Shown here piece after piece: positions 38,014 to 46,019 of a stretch of 64,000 bases of DNA (positions are counted from its first letter, which is position 1; each line of letters begins with the position of its first letter). Position numbers and translations under genes: made by a program. Under the pieces are notes generated by a model that was given only the letters and a program-made list of their open reading frames with translations, was not told where the DNA came from and did no database searches. This DNA is from an uncultured Eubacteriales bacterium (GTDB lineage: Bacteria > Bacillota > Clostridia > Peptostreptococcales > Anaerovoracaceae): contig CADCHO010000003.1 of the NCBI GenBank assembly GCA_902801255.1, positions 20,188-84,187 on the forward strand, read 5' to 3'.

Positions 38014-40896
38014 CTATGGCTGGGTTGCTTGTGTATAGTACTCTCCGCGATAGTAGACTACGTCTTCAGGCTGCGGCGGGTACTCTCCCTCCGTGATATC
38101 CGGAATCTGCCTCATTATCTTGCTCCATAAGTAGGCTGCATTCCCGGACGATCCGCTCATTACAGTATTATGGTCTGTACCGATCCAGAGTGCGGCCGAG
38201 TACTTCGGCGTAAATCCAACAAACCAGTAATCGTAGTTATCGTTTGTGGTTCCTGTTTTGCCTCCTACCTGAGTGCCGTAGATCGATGCGCTCCGCGCTA
38301 TACCCCTTGATACTACAGACTCAAGGCAGTCTCTCATTATGAACGCCACGCTCTCATCAAGCACTCTGGTGCCTTCCGTTTCTTTAACCAGGAGCGCCTT
38401 TCCCTTGGAGTCAGTCACCTTTGTGTATGCGGTGCCGGAGTTTCTTATTCCTCTGTTAGGGAAAGTCGCATAGGCAAGCGCCATGTCAAGCGGCGTCGTT
38501 CCGTATGTCATAGCTCCCAGAGCCAAAGCTGCCGGATTGTAGTCATTAGTCGGAACAGACAAGTCATCGGCAACCGTGGATATTCCGAACTTCTTCAGCA
38601 TCTCCATCGAATAATCCGGTCCGACCTGCAGCTGGATCTTCACCGCGCACGTATTGATCGACTGCTGCAGTGCTGTCCTGAACGTCCTGTATCCCGAGAA
38701 TCTTCTTGAGAAGTTGAGCGGCCAGATTTCGTTATTTATCTTAAGTCTCTCGTCCATAACAACCGATCCGGCTGTTATATAGTTGCCCCAGCGTCTTATA
38801 CCTTGTCTGTCGATGCCGTAATCGGTAAATGGGAAAGGCATTCCGCGTTTGGCGTAATCTTCACTTTTCTGGAGGGCTGCAGAGTAAACGGCCAGCGGTT
38901 TTATCGAAGAACCAGGCTGGCGCGGTGATGTTGCTCTGTTGAACAGCATCTGTCCCGTGGTGTTTCTTCCTCCCGCCATCGCGCGGATGCAGCCGGTGCC
39001 GACTTCCGTCACTACCATTGCCGCCTGCGGGTTTTCAATTGAGTACGGGAAGTTGTAATCGTCGCTGAATTCAGTGGTGATCGCGTTCTGTATATCCTGA
39101 TCGATAGTCGAGTAGATACGGAGGCCGCCTGTGTGTATGAGCTGCTCCGCCTTATCCACGGACATGTTATACTTATCCGCCAGGTCATTTGCCACCTCGG
39201 TCGTGAGGAAGTCCGTGAAATATGAAAGCTCATTCTGCTTTTTCTCTATATGCGGATGCAGGATCTTGGCGATCTTCTTTTTCGCGCCATCTGCCTCAGA
39301 CGGGTCTATGTAACCCTGCTCAGCCATCAGGTCGAGCACCAGATCCCGCCTTTCGGCGGCCATCTCATTTGCATACAGCTTGGACTTTTTGAGGTAAGTC
39401 GTATCCTCATCCTCGTAGTCTTTCAGGAGGGCGTAGGTATCAGGCGCCTGCGGCAATGCCGCGAGTGCAGCGCTTTCTTCAAGATCGAGCTCTCTCACTT
39501 CCTTTCCGAAATACGTGTAAGCCGCGGCTTTGATACCATAGCAGCCATATCCCAGATAGATGGTGTTCAGATACGCCTCAAGGATCTCGTCCTTTGAGTA
39601 TGCCCTTTCGATCTTGAGGGCGTAGATCATCTCGCGTAGCTTACGGCTTAATGTTCGCTCGCTCTTTATATCCGCAAGGAACACGTTTCTGGCAAGCTGC
39701 TGCGTGATGGTGGACGTACCGCTGATCTCCTCAGAGCGTCCGGTCAGCTTGCTGAGAACAGCTCCGAATAAACGCTTGTAGTTAAGGCCGTGATGTTTGT
39801 AGAATGTTTTGTCCTCTATTGCAATGAAGGCGTTCTTAGTAACCTCCGGGATGTCGGCTATAGGTACGACCTCTCTGTCTTCCGTGTAATACAGCTTGTC
39901 GATCTCCTCTCCCTTTGCGTCATAGATGATAGAGCTCAGATCGATGTTGGAGTAGATGCTGCTGGCATCAGGATCTATAGCCGGAACAGAATTATATGCG
40001 TAAATAAAGGCTCCCACGAACGCGGCCACGAAGAGTAGAAGCACACCAATAAGCACGCGGCCTTTCGTCAGCCAACGCTTATTGCTCTTGGTCTGCTTGG
40101 CCTTTTTATCCTTTTTCGCCTTCTTAGACTTGCTTTGCCTGGCCGGCGTAGCTGCCTCGACAGACTTGTCCTCTTCGACAACCGCTGACGTCTCCGTAGG
40201 CTCAATCTCTTCTGCAGACTCATCCGGCATGTCAGCTTGAGCAGACTCGACGCCCTCAACCTGTATGATGGCCTCAACTGGCTTATCTGGCTTAGCTGCT
40301 TCTACTGGCTCGGTAGCCTTAGTCTCCTCGGCAGGCTCGGCGACCTCAGCCGGCTCGACAGCTTTAACAGCCTCAGCAGGCTCATCAAGCTTTTCCTGCT
40401 TTTCAGGCTTCTTTGCCTTTGCCGCCTTTTTAGATTTATTTTTCTTATTTTGCTTGGCCGGCTTCTCAACCTTTGCAGTTTCTGCCGGCTTGTCTGCCGT
40501 GTCGGCTTCGATAGGCTTGGCGGGCTCAACAGGCTTGGCTGCTACGACCGAGTCTTCCTTCTTTTCAAGCTTGGTCGCTGCGACCGGCTCAGCTTTCTTT
40601 TCCGGTTCAGCAGGCTTTACCGGCTTAGATGGCTTAGCCGGCTTGTCAGTCTTGGCCGGCTCGAAAGCCTTCACGAACTCGGCAGTCTTGCGTTTTATAT
40701 AGCTAAATATACTTCCCCTCGATTTCTTACCGGCACTGTCGTCGATCTCTTTCCAGGTGAAGTTTATGTTTTTGCTGTTATTATCTTGTTCTTTGACTTT
40801 ATCGTTTATATTATCTGCCACGTCTACTACCTGTGCACAAAAATACTCAGCTCTTTTTAGAGCTGTTTTGGAGTCTGTCCCCATCTCCGGGGGCAT
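38014..40896 (-). CDS. Class A penicillin-binding protein (GT51 transglycosylase plus transpeptidase) with a long low-complexity N-terminal tail
   Basis: EDKTFYKHHG and TITQQLARN (GT51). SSIK and KTGTT (transpeptidase). The longest ORF begins at TTG 40923. ATG 40896 or 40884 is more likely, so the start is uncertain. Confidence 0.9.
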   Translation of the reverse strand: MPPEMGTDSKTALKRAEYFCAQVVDVADNINDKVKEQDNNSKNINFTWKEIDDSAGKKSRGSIFSYIKRKTAEFVKAFEPAKTDKPAKPSKPVKPAEPEKKAEPVAATKLEKKEDSVVAAKPVEPAKPIEADTADKPAETAKVEKPAKQNKKNKSKKAAKAKKPEKQEKLDEPAEAVKAVEPAEVAEPAEETKATEPVEAAKPDKPVEAIIQVEGVESAQADMPDESAEEIEPTETSAVVEEDKSVEAATPARQSKSKKAKKDKKAKQTKSNKRWLTKGRVLIGVLLLFVAAFVGAFIYAYNSVPAIDPDASSIYSNIDLSSIIYDAKGEEIDKLYYTEDREVVPIADIPEVTKNAFIAIEDKTFYKHHGLNYKRLFGAVLSKLTGRSEEISGTSTITQQLARNVFLADIKSERTLSRKLREMIYALKIERAYSKDEILEAYLNTIYLGYGCYGIKAAAYTYFGKEVRELDLEESAALAALPQAPDTYALLKDYEDEDTTYLKKSKLYANEMAAERRDLVLDLMAEQGYIDPSEADGAKKKIAKILHPHIEKKQNELSYFTDFLTTEVANDLADKYNMSVDKAEQLIHTGGLRIYSTIDQDIQNAITTEFSDDYNFPYSIENPQAAMVVTEVGTGCIRAMAGGRNTTGQMLFNRATSPRQPGSSIKPLAVYSAALQKSEDYAKRGMPFPFTDYGIDRQGIRRWGNYITAGSVVMDERLKINNEIWPLNFSRRFSGYRTFRTALQQSINTCAVKIQLQVGPDYSMEMLKKFGISTVADDLSVPTNDYNPAALALGAMTYGTTPLDMALAYATFPNRGIRNSGTAYTKVTDSKGKALLVKETEGTRVLDESVAFIMRDCLESVVSRGIARSASIYGTQVGGKTGTTNDNYDYWFVGFTPKYSAALWIGTDHNTVMSGSSGNAAYLWSKIMRQIPDITEGEYPPQPEDVVYYRGEYYTQATQP
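40020..40700 (-). repeat. Low-complexity K/P/A/E-rich coding repeats (KPxEP / AKPVEP type) in the PBP N-terminal tail
   Basis: Reiterated GGCTT/GGCTC-rich DNA. Protein reads ..KPAKPSKPVKPAEPEKKAEP..AKPVEPAKPIE..VEPAEVAEPAEE.. before the single TM helix (VLIGVLLLFVAAFVGAFIY). Confidence 0.7.
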
Positions 40897-41136
40897 AATG
40901 AAATTGTACCAAAAGTGTAGCAAACATGCGATAGAAAAGCAGTCTTTTTACCGACTTATTACTTAATATATCTGGAGTTTGTAACCCATATTTTTAAGAT
41001 AAAGTCATGCACTACTTAATGACAATGCGGGTTTGAGCGCGCACGGGATAATGTACCTCGAAGTATGTTGTTCTCCCGTGCGTGCTGTCCCACAATTTAC
41101 CAGAGGGTAACAATATAGAAGCAACCTGTCTTTCGC

Positions 41137-41979
41137 CTATAATCTTGGCAGCACATCATTTTCAATTATGCTTTTTATCATCGGAATATTTATAACTCCA
41201 TCTATGTCATAAGTAACTATCAGGTTCTTCCATGGTACTATTCCAACGCCCTCAAAAGCTTCCATTTTTCGCTTGTGCCTGTTCTGATATACTGCTTGAT
41301 CCATCATGCCCGCATGTTCCCAGTAAAACTTCTTTCTTTCCCGGTCGCGGAATGTAAAATCCGAAGAATACGGCCAGTTATTAATCCTTATTACCTCTTC
41401 ATATCTGAAAGGAACTCCATAATTTACCAGCTGCTCAACGATTGACTGCTCTGACTTCGACCTTACATTGAAGCCTGCAGATGTCGGAAATTTCCTGTTT
41501 TCTGGTTTGTATGTGCTTTTCTCATAAGTCTCTTTTGCCCATTCTACGTGGCGCATGATCCCCTCAAGATACTGATCAGTCTGATTGATCCCCGGCCTGT
41601 CAAACAAACCTTTGAAAAAGTACTCATCCGGCAAACTTCTATACGGCTTCAACATTTTATTGCGCAGATAGTCAATATCCATAGGCTGAAGCTTCTCCCC
41701 CGCTTTTGATAGAACATCGATATTATTCCTCAGTATCTTTATGGAGCGGTTAAGGTACTCCTTTCTTGCAAGCGACTTAAGCATTTCGGTTTCTTGGCCT
41801 ACCACGGACCTGATGTACTTCCCATTATTCTGAAAAGTATGATAGAACGTATCCTTTCCATGTGTTTTACAGCATGCCAGACTGCCCTCAACGCAACCCT
41901 CATATTCCCGGATGTAGTTCTCTAATAATTTAGAGCTCTCATACATCATTTGTTCAATTTGATCTTTGTAAGTACTCAT
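41137..41979 (-). CDS. Hypothetical protein with a possible PD-(D/E)xK-like nuclease C-terminal region
   Basis: Start trimmed to ATG 41979 (MSTYKDQIEQ). C-terminal pattern SKSEQSIVEQL..PFRYEE..YSSDFTF..YWEHAGM resembles TnsA/Vsr-like folds. This is a weak by-eye call. Confidence 0.5.
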   Translation of the reverse strand: MSTYKDQIEQMMYESSKLLENYIREYEGCVEGSLACCKTHGKDTFYHTFQNNGKYIRSVVGQETEMLKSLARKEYLNRSIKILRNNIDVLSKAGEKLQPMDIDYLRNKMLKPYRSLPDEYFFKGLFDRPGINQTDQYLEGIMRHVEWAKETYEKSTYKPENRKFPTSAGFNVRSKSEQSIVEQLVNYGVPFRYEEVIRINNWPYSSDFTFRDRERKKFYWEHAGMMDQAVYQNRHKRKMEAFEGVGIVPWKNLIVTYDIDGVINIPMIKSIIENDVLPRL

Positions 41980-42229
41980 TTTTCTCACTTTCGATGTAGA
42001 ATGGCTAGTTTTATTGCCTTTTTTACACCCAAATCCATGAAATGGATGTATTTTTATATCATTTTGATATATTTTTGCATTTTTTATCTCATTTAGAAGC
42101 ATTTATCCGTGCAAAACAGTGAAGATGATGCATCTCTTGCTTATTGTATGAGAAATCTACATCATATCTGTGTTAGTAAAACCTGTGCTATAAATGATTA
42201 TCTAGTCCTAGTAAAAGTTTATTCTAGCC

Positions 42230-42269
42230 AATAAAAAATGTCGAACGAGCAAGGCACTCATTTCGACAT
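42230..42269 (-). terminator. Intrinsic terminator at the 3' end of the candidate ncRNA
   Basis: ATGTCGAA (42238-45) pairs with TTCGACAT (42262-69), with an inner GAG/CTC extension. On the minus strand it is followed by UUUUUUAUUGG. A second small hairpin TGACCT/AGGTCA lies at 42274-42290. Confidence 0.75.
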
Positions 42270-42330
42270 TAAATGACCTTTTTCAGGTCACTACACCTTA
42301 TTCTGAGTCTTGGGAGCTCCTCCTACTCAA

Positions 42331-42469
42331 ACCGTGTTGCATTGCTGTGTTGGCTGACCTTGTCTTGTATCGCGGTACTGGTCGATCCTGTCTTGCACTG
42401 CTATGCCAGCCGACACAGTCTCGCATCGCTGTAATGGTCGGCTCTGTCCCCTTTGATACTGTCGGCTTA
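42331..42469 (-). repeat. Five degenerate ~28-nt tandem direct repeats inside the ncRNA candidate
   Basis: + strand units: accgtgttgcattgctgtgttggctga / ccttgtcttgtatcgcggtactggtcga / tcctgtcttgcactgctatgccagccga / cacagtctcgcatcgctgtaatggtcgg / ctctgtcccctttgatactgtcggctta. Confidence 0.6.
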
Positions 42470-42924
42470 GACATCCATATGTGAGCTGTCAACTTATCTT
42501 CAGTTTCAATGAAAATTCCCTTCATGCCGGAAAGTCCGGTCTGCTCCGAGAGCCCCAGCGCTGGCCGGCGGGACTACTAAACCCGCGCGGACAGCTATAG
42601 AGCGGGGCGATCGGCTAAGCTGACCCGGTGAGGCCACAGGAGGGCGAACCGAACATCGACATAAAGATAAAGGCATGCATACTACACGCTCATCCATGCC
42701 GCTTTGAGGGTTTGCAGCACTCGTTCTGCGTATGTCACGCAATAACAGCTGCCCCGCTGAGCCTGCTCCTACTAAATGTCAATAAAAACCACCAAAAAAT
42801 TATCAGGCACGATTTTCCTTGAAATTCCAAGGGTTTGGAGCGCCATTCAATTTCTCCCTAATGAACAATCAGCAACTACACAATTAGGGGTATCCGATTT
42901 GTATAATAAGGACAAATATTCAAG

Positions 42925-42957
42925 AACAACAAAAAAGCCTTCTGTTTCCAGAAAGCT
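42925..42957 (-). terminator. Intrinsic terminator closing the recombinase operon
   Basis: Minus-strand RNA reads AGCUUUCUG-GAAA-CAGAAGGCU (one G-U pair) followed by UUUUUUGUUGUU, 50 nt after the stop at 43008. Confidence 0.75.
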
Positions 42958-43007
42958 CAATCAAATTCTATATAGTGCAGCCTGATTATTATTTAATATT
43001 CATGGAC

Positions 43008-43406
43008 CTATAATGCGTTTTCCGGATCTACAAACTCGTCCGGATTAATCACCTGGGCAGTTGTGAGATCAAAATCAACCAATCGGTATTTTTCATGAAC
43101 AATTCCATACACAACATACGTTGTTTCCTTATCCCAGCCACATGCCTTATAAATTACTGAAACAAATGGGCTGCTTGAAATCTCAAAGGTGTATTTATCT
43201 CCCTCAATTAATTCTGGAACCCGAAAGTTATCTCTATCGATGGCCTCGCAGCACTGCACTGCAATATGCTTTTCCTTAGAATTCAGCAGGAATCTTATAT
43301 AGTCCGGATTTCCAATAGCCCTTATTGTTGCATGATGAATAAGGAGTCTGCCGCGCCTTAATGAAAACGACAGCCCTACTTTAATGTCAGACCTGATATC
43401 TATCAT
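43008..43406 (-). CDS. Hypothetical protein, third copy of the recombinase-associated domain
   Basis: 132 aa. ..YIRFLLNSKEKHIAVQCCEAIDRDNF..VIYKACGWDKETTYVVYG..VDFDL. Homologous by eye to 43411..44097 and to the recombinase C-terminus. Confidence 0.7.
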   Translation of the reverse strand: MIDIRSDIKVGLSFSLRRGRLLIHHATIRAIGNPDYIRFLLNSKEKHIAVQCCEAIDRDNFRVPELIEGDKYTFEISSSPFVSVIYKACGWDKETTYVVYGIVHEKYRLVDFDLTTAQVINPDEFVDPENAL

Positions 43407-43410
43407 TTTT

Positions 43411-44097
43411 TCATTCCTTATCTACTCGATTCATAGAAGCAAATGATCCATAACCAGTTATGCTCTCAAGAGTAACATTGCTATGATCCTCTACCGGAAC
43501 ACCAAAAGAATTGTGCCAGTCATCAGGATAGAATGGTTTTCTGGCCATTTTTATTTCCTCAGCTTCTCTTGCTGCAATCTGCTCTGGCGTATAAGATGAA
43601 TTTTCAGCTTCAGCAATCATTTGCTCTTTGGTTTTTTTCTTATGTTCTTTAGTTATCTCAGTTTCATCCAGTTCGAATACGTATAATACATATCCTTCAT
43701 AGTTGATTCTATGCCCAAGGATCTTGTACCTACAGCTGTTATCCCATCCCATAAGATCATAAAGTCTCTGAGAAAACGGTTTACTGGTAATCTTGCGGCT
43801 CTTCCTTTTATCAGGCTTCGCTATACACCATCTAATAGCATCCTTGTCCTCTTCTTCACATTGCCTAATTGCTATTCGATGTTGCTCACTGTTTACAAGG
43901 ATCTGAATGTAAACTGCATCTTCCAAACCATTGATACAAGCTGTATTGAAGGTGATACTGTCTTTTCTGATAGTAACTGCAGGTTCTCTAAGGTGAGCGA
44001 ACATTTCACGTCTGGCTATCTGATAGCCATCATAACTGAAAGTGTCTTCTATTTCTGCAGCCCTTTCCATCATTACCTGAGTATCCATTTCACTCAT
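43411..44097 (-). CDS. Hypothetical protein, second copy of the recombinase-associated domain
   Basis: Start trimmed to ATG 44097 (ATGA overlap with the recombinase stop). ..ITFNTACINGLEDAVYIQILVNSEQHRIAIRQCEEEDKDAIRW..RLYDLMGWDNSCRYKILGH..VFELDETEI. Confidence 0.7.
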   Translation of the reverse strand: MSEMDTQVMMERAAEIEDTFSYDGYQIARREMFAHLREPAVTIRKDSITFNTACINGLEDAVYIQILVNSEQHRIAIRQCEEEDKDAIRWCIAKPDKRKSRKITSKPFSQRLYDLMGWDNSCRYKILGHRINYEGYVLYVFELDETEITKEHKKKTKEQMIAEAENSSYTPEQIAAREAEEIKMARKPFYPDDWHNSFGVPVEDHSNVTLESITGYGSFASMNRVDKE

Positions 44098-46007
44098 ACA
44101 GCACACCTCATTTCTTCGATTAGCTTTCTGGATTCAGCCTTTACCTCCATCAGAACTGATTCGCTTACACCTCCTGCAGTAGCATAGTATTTGGCTGGTC
44201 TTAGTATTTCCCAATTACCCTTATACCGTATCCTTTCATATAAAGTAGTTGCTCTATCTGAAGAACTACTCCCAAAATGGTTTTCCCATTCTTCAGGATA
44301 TACGGTTTCTACGCCAATGATCTTCACTTCCCCTGCTACATCAGGATCTTCTTCCTCAAATAAATTAGCTTTTATATTGCCAACATCCGCTAATTGTTTG
44401 CCTGTATAATCAGACTCTTCCTCCTGAACCAGGCGGATGATTTCTGGTTCAGCGAGATCGAACAGAAGCATTTGGGTATCACCATCAGATAGGTATTGGC
44501 CACATAGTTTATATTTATTAGTAATATCCCAGCCGGCTACTTCATATAAAGGAGCTGCAAATCCACTAATGCTCCTCTGCAGACCAACCCATTTCCCATC
44601 TCTTTTCCGACCCCACATGATTGCATTAGGACTATCCGGATTACACGGTCGGATTGCAATACACTTTTCTACAGTATTAAATAAGAGCTCTACAAACTCC
44701 ACATCCCTGAATTTTTTGAGACAAATAGAGTTAAATGAGACTCGACCATCTTTAATTGTCATAACAGGTTTATCATTGGTAGAGAAAAACTGCGTTCTGA
44801 CTATCTCAAACCCATCCAGATCAAAACGATCTTGTAATCCTGATTGTTCTGATCCAATCAGGTCTTCTTTGGCATTATGACTGTTATAAGCACTTTCTGA
44901 TGCATTTTTATAGTCTTCTACTGTAAAGCCTCTGCACATTCGGTTTACAGATACAAACCCTTGAAGCGCTCCTTCATCAACCACATCAAGAGTCGGGAAC
45001 TCATTCTGGCCCCTGCTATAACGCGCGATCTCAAGCTTGGCCTGAACTGCGTTAAAGACATCTCGACTTACGATAGCCTCATGATGATCATATTCAAGTA
45101 CCTGTTTACGGTTCTTATTGTTCTTTCGCTTTTTGTGCTCCCAAAAGTCATATGTATATGTTTTCCAGCTCAGAATATCTCCACAATATCTTTCGTTCTT
45201 AAGGATCTGTCTTATACCGGATGGATTCCAGCTTATGTTTCCTTTCTTTGATGGGCGCCTTAGCTCATTTAGGAGTTGAGAGATTTCACTGAGTGTGAGA
45301 CCAGCAAGATATGAATAGAACATGAGCTTCACAGTAATAGATTCTTCATTATTTATAATGAGATCTCCATTTTCATCATGATCATATCCTAATAGCACCG
45401 GTGTCAGAAAATTCCCGTTATCAAATCGCTTTTCAAGGGACCAGTTCATGGAATTGCTCTTGGTTTTGGATTCTTCCTGGGCTGATGCTGCAAGTACCGT
45501 TAATAGCAACTCGCTCGTAGCATCAAGCGAATAGAAGCCTTCATTCTCAAACTTCACTCCGACTGGTGGGTTTAATTGAGCAAGCTTTCTTACAACGCTC
45601 AGACAGTCAACTACATTTCTGGCAAACCTTGATACATTTTTTGTAACAATGACATCAATCTTGCCTGCATAGCAGTCTGCAATCATGCGATTAAACTCAT
45701 CCCTGTTTTTAAGAGATGTTGCGCTTATACCCTCATCTGCATATATACCTGCAAAAATCCAGCCAGGAGTATCATTGATTTCCTTCTCATAATGCTTTTT
45801 CTGCAGCTCATAAGAAGTTGTCTGCGCCGGGTCATCCGTTGATACTCTGCAATAAGCGCATACACGCCTATTTACATTTTCATCTCTTAAAGAGTTGATC
45901 TCTACAGCTGGTATTACAATACGCTGCCGGTCTTCATGATTATCATTCTGTATTTTCTGACGAATCAGTTCTCTTTGTTCGTTTCTATCTATGCTCTTAC
46001 CGTTCAC
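44094..46007 (-). CDS. Large serine recombinase with an extra C-terminal domain
   Basis: 637 aa. VCAYCRVSTDDPAQ (catalytic Ser), VTKNVSRFARN, recombinase domain ..YGY... GTG start at 46007 with AGGATGG upstream. The C-terminal ~120 aa carry the repeated domain. Confidence 0.9.
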   Translation of the reverse strand: MNGKSIDRNEQRELIRQKIQNDNHEDRQRIVIPAVEINSLRDENVNRRVCAYCRVSTDDPAQTTSYELQKKHYEKEINDTPGWIFAGIYADEGISATSLKNRDEFNRMIADCYAGKIDVIVTKNVSRFARNVVDCLSVVRKLAQLNPPVGVKFENEGFYSLDATSELLLTVLAASAQEESKTKSNSMNWSLEKRFDNGNFLTPVLLGYDHDENGDLIINNEESITVKLMFYSYLAGLTLSEISQLLNELRRPSKKGNISWNPSGIRQILKNERYCGDILSWKTYTYDFWEHKKRKNNKNRKQVLEYDHHEAIVSRDVFNAVQAKLEIARYSRGQNEFPTLDVVDEGALQGFVSVNRMCRGFTVEDYKNASESAYNSHNAKEDLIGSEQSGLQDRFDLDGFEIVRTQFFSTNDKPVMTIKDGRVSFNSICLKKFRDVEFVELLFNTVEKCIAIRPCNPDSPNAIMWGRKRDGKWVGLQRSISGFAAPLYEVAGWDITNKYKLCGQYLSDGDTQMLLFDLAEPEIIRLVQEEESDYTGKQLADVGNIKANLFEEEDPDVAGEVKIIGVETVYPEEWENHFGSSSSDRATTLYERIRYKGNWEILRPAKYYATAGGVSESVLMEVKAESRKLIEEMRCAV

Positions 46008-46019
46008 TGTTTCACCATC

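Larger units (their letters stand above)
42230..42800 (-). ncRNA. Candidate large structured non-coding RNA (class unassigned; 5' end not mapped)
   Basis: A 905-nt gap separates the flanking CDSs. The core (~42296-42775) is GC-rich while the flanks are AT-rich. It contains only short, overlapping, RBS-less ORFs. Many helices can be paired by eye, for example 42601-08 AGCGGGGC with 42761-68 GCCCCGCT. It ends in a terminator on the minus strand. Confidence 0.4.

Noticed and set aside
40237-40860. + strand ORFs 40237-40860 and 40265-40702 with striking Leu/Ser/Gly/Arg repeats.
   Set aside because: They are antisense images of the K/P/A/E repeat region of the PBP gene. The periodicity derives from the coding repeats on the other strand.
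41040-41082. 9-bp stem CGCACGGGA/TCCCGTGCG with a 25-nt loop in the leader region upstream of the PBP gene, considered as a possible riboswitch or attenuator.
   Set aside because: It is a single helix with no U-tract and no recognisable riboswitch consensus, which is insufficient evidence for any call. It may relate to the left boundary of the island.
42331-42469. CRISPR array, considered because of ~28-nt direct repeats.
   Set aside because: The units are contiguous with no spacers, are only ~55-65 percent similar by eye, and no cas genes are present in the window.
42529-42539. GGAAAGTCCGG on the + strand, identical to the most conserved P4 segment of bacterial RNase P RNA, with a nearby ..GGACAGCTATAGAGCGGGGCGATCGGCTAAG.. 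vaguely like the 3' P4 strand.
   Set aside because: The two elements are only ~70 nt apart, whereas they are ~280 nt apart in RNase P RNA. The other universal blocks (for example ACAGAAnCCGGCUUA and the GGUAA-type modules) are absent. The 11-mer is better explained as a local CCGGA/TCCGG hairpin.
42230-42800. tmRNA (ssrA) as the identity of the structured region; this was attractive because integrative elements often target ssrA.
   Set aside because: I found no tRNA-like 3' end (no GGTTCGA-type T-arm or CCA-proximal acceptor stem) and no tag ORF ending in ..ALAA followed by a stop, on either strand.
42298-42985. Track ORFs 42298-42525(-), 42506-42742(-), 42628-42822(+), 42776-42985(+) as small proteins.
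   Set aside because: They overlap one another, have no Shine-Dalgarno sequences, and have Arg/Pro/Ser/Ala-rich composition typical of random frames in GC-rich non-coding DNA. 42776-42985 also runs through a terminator.
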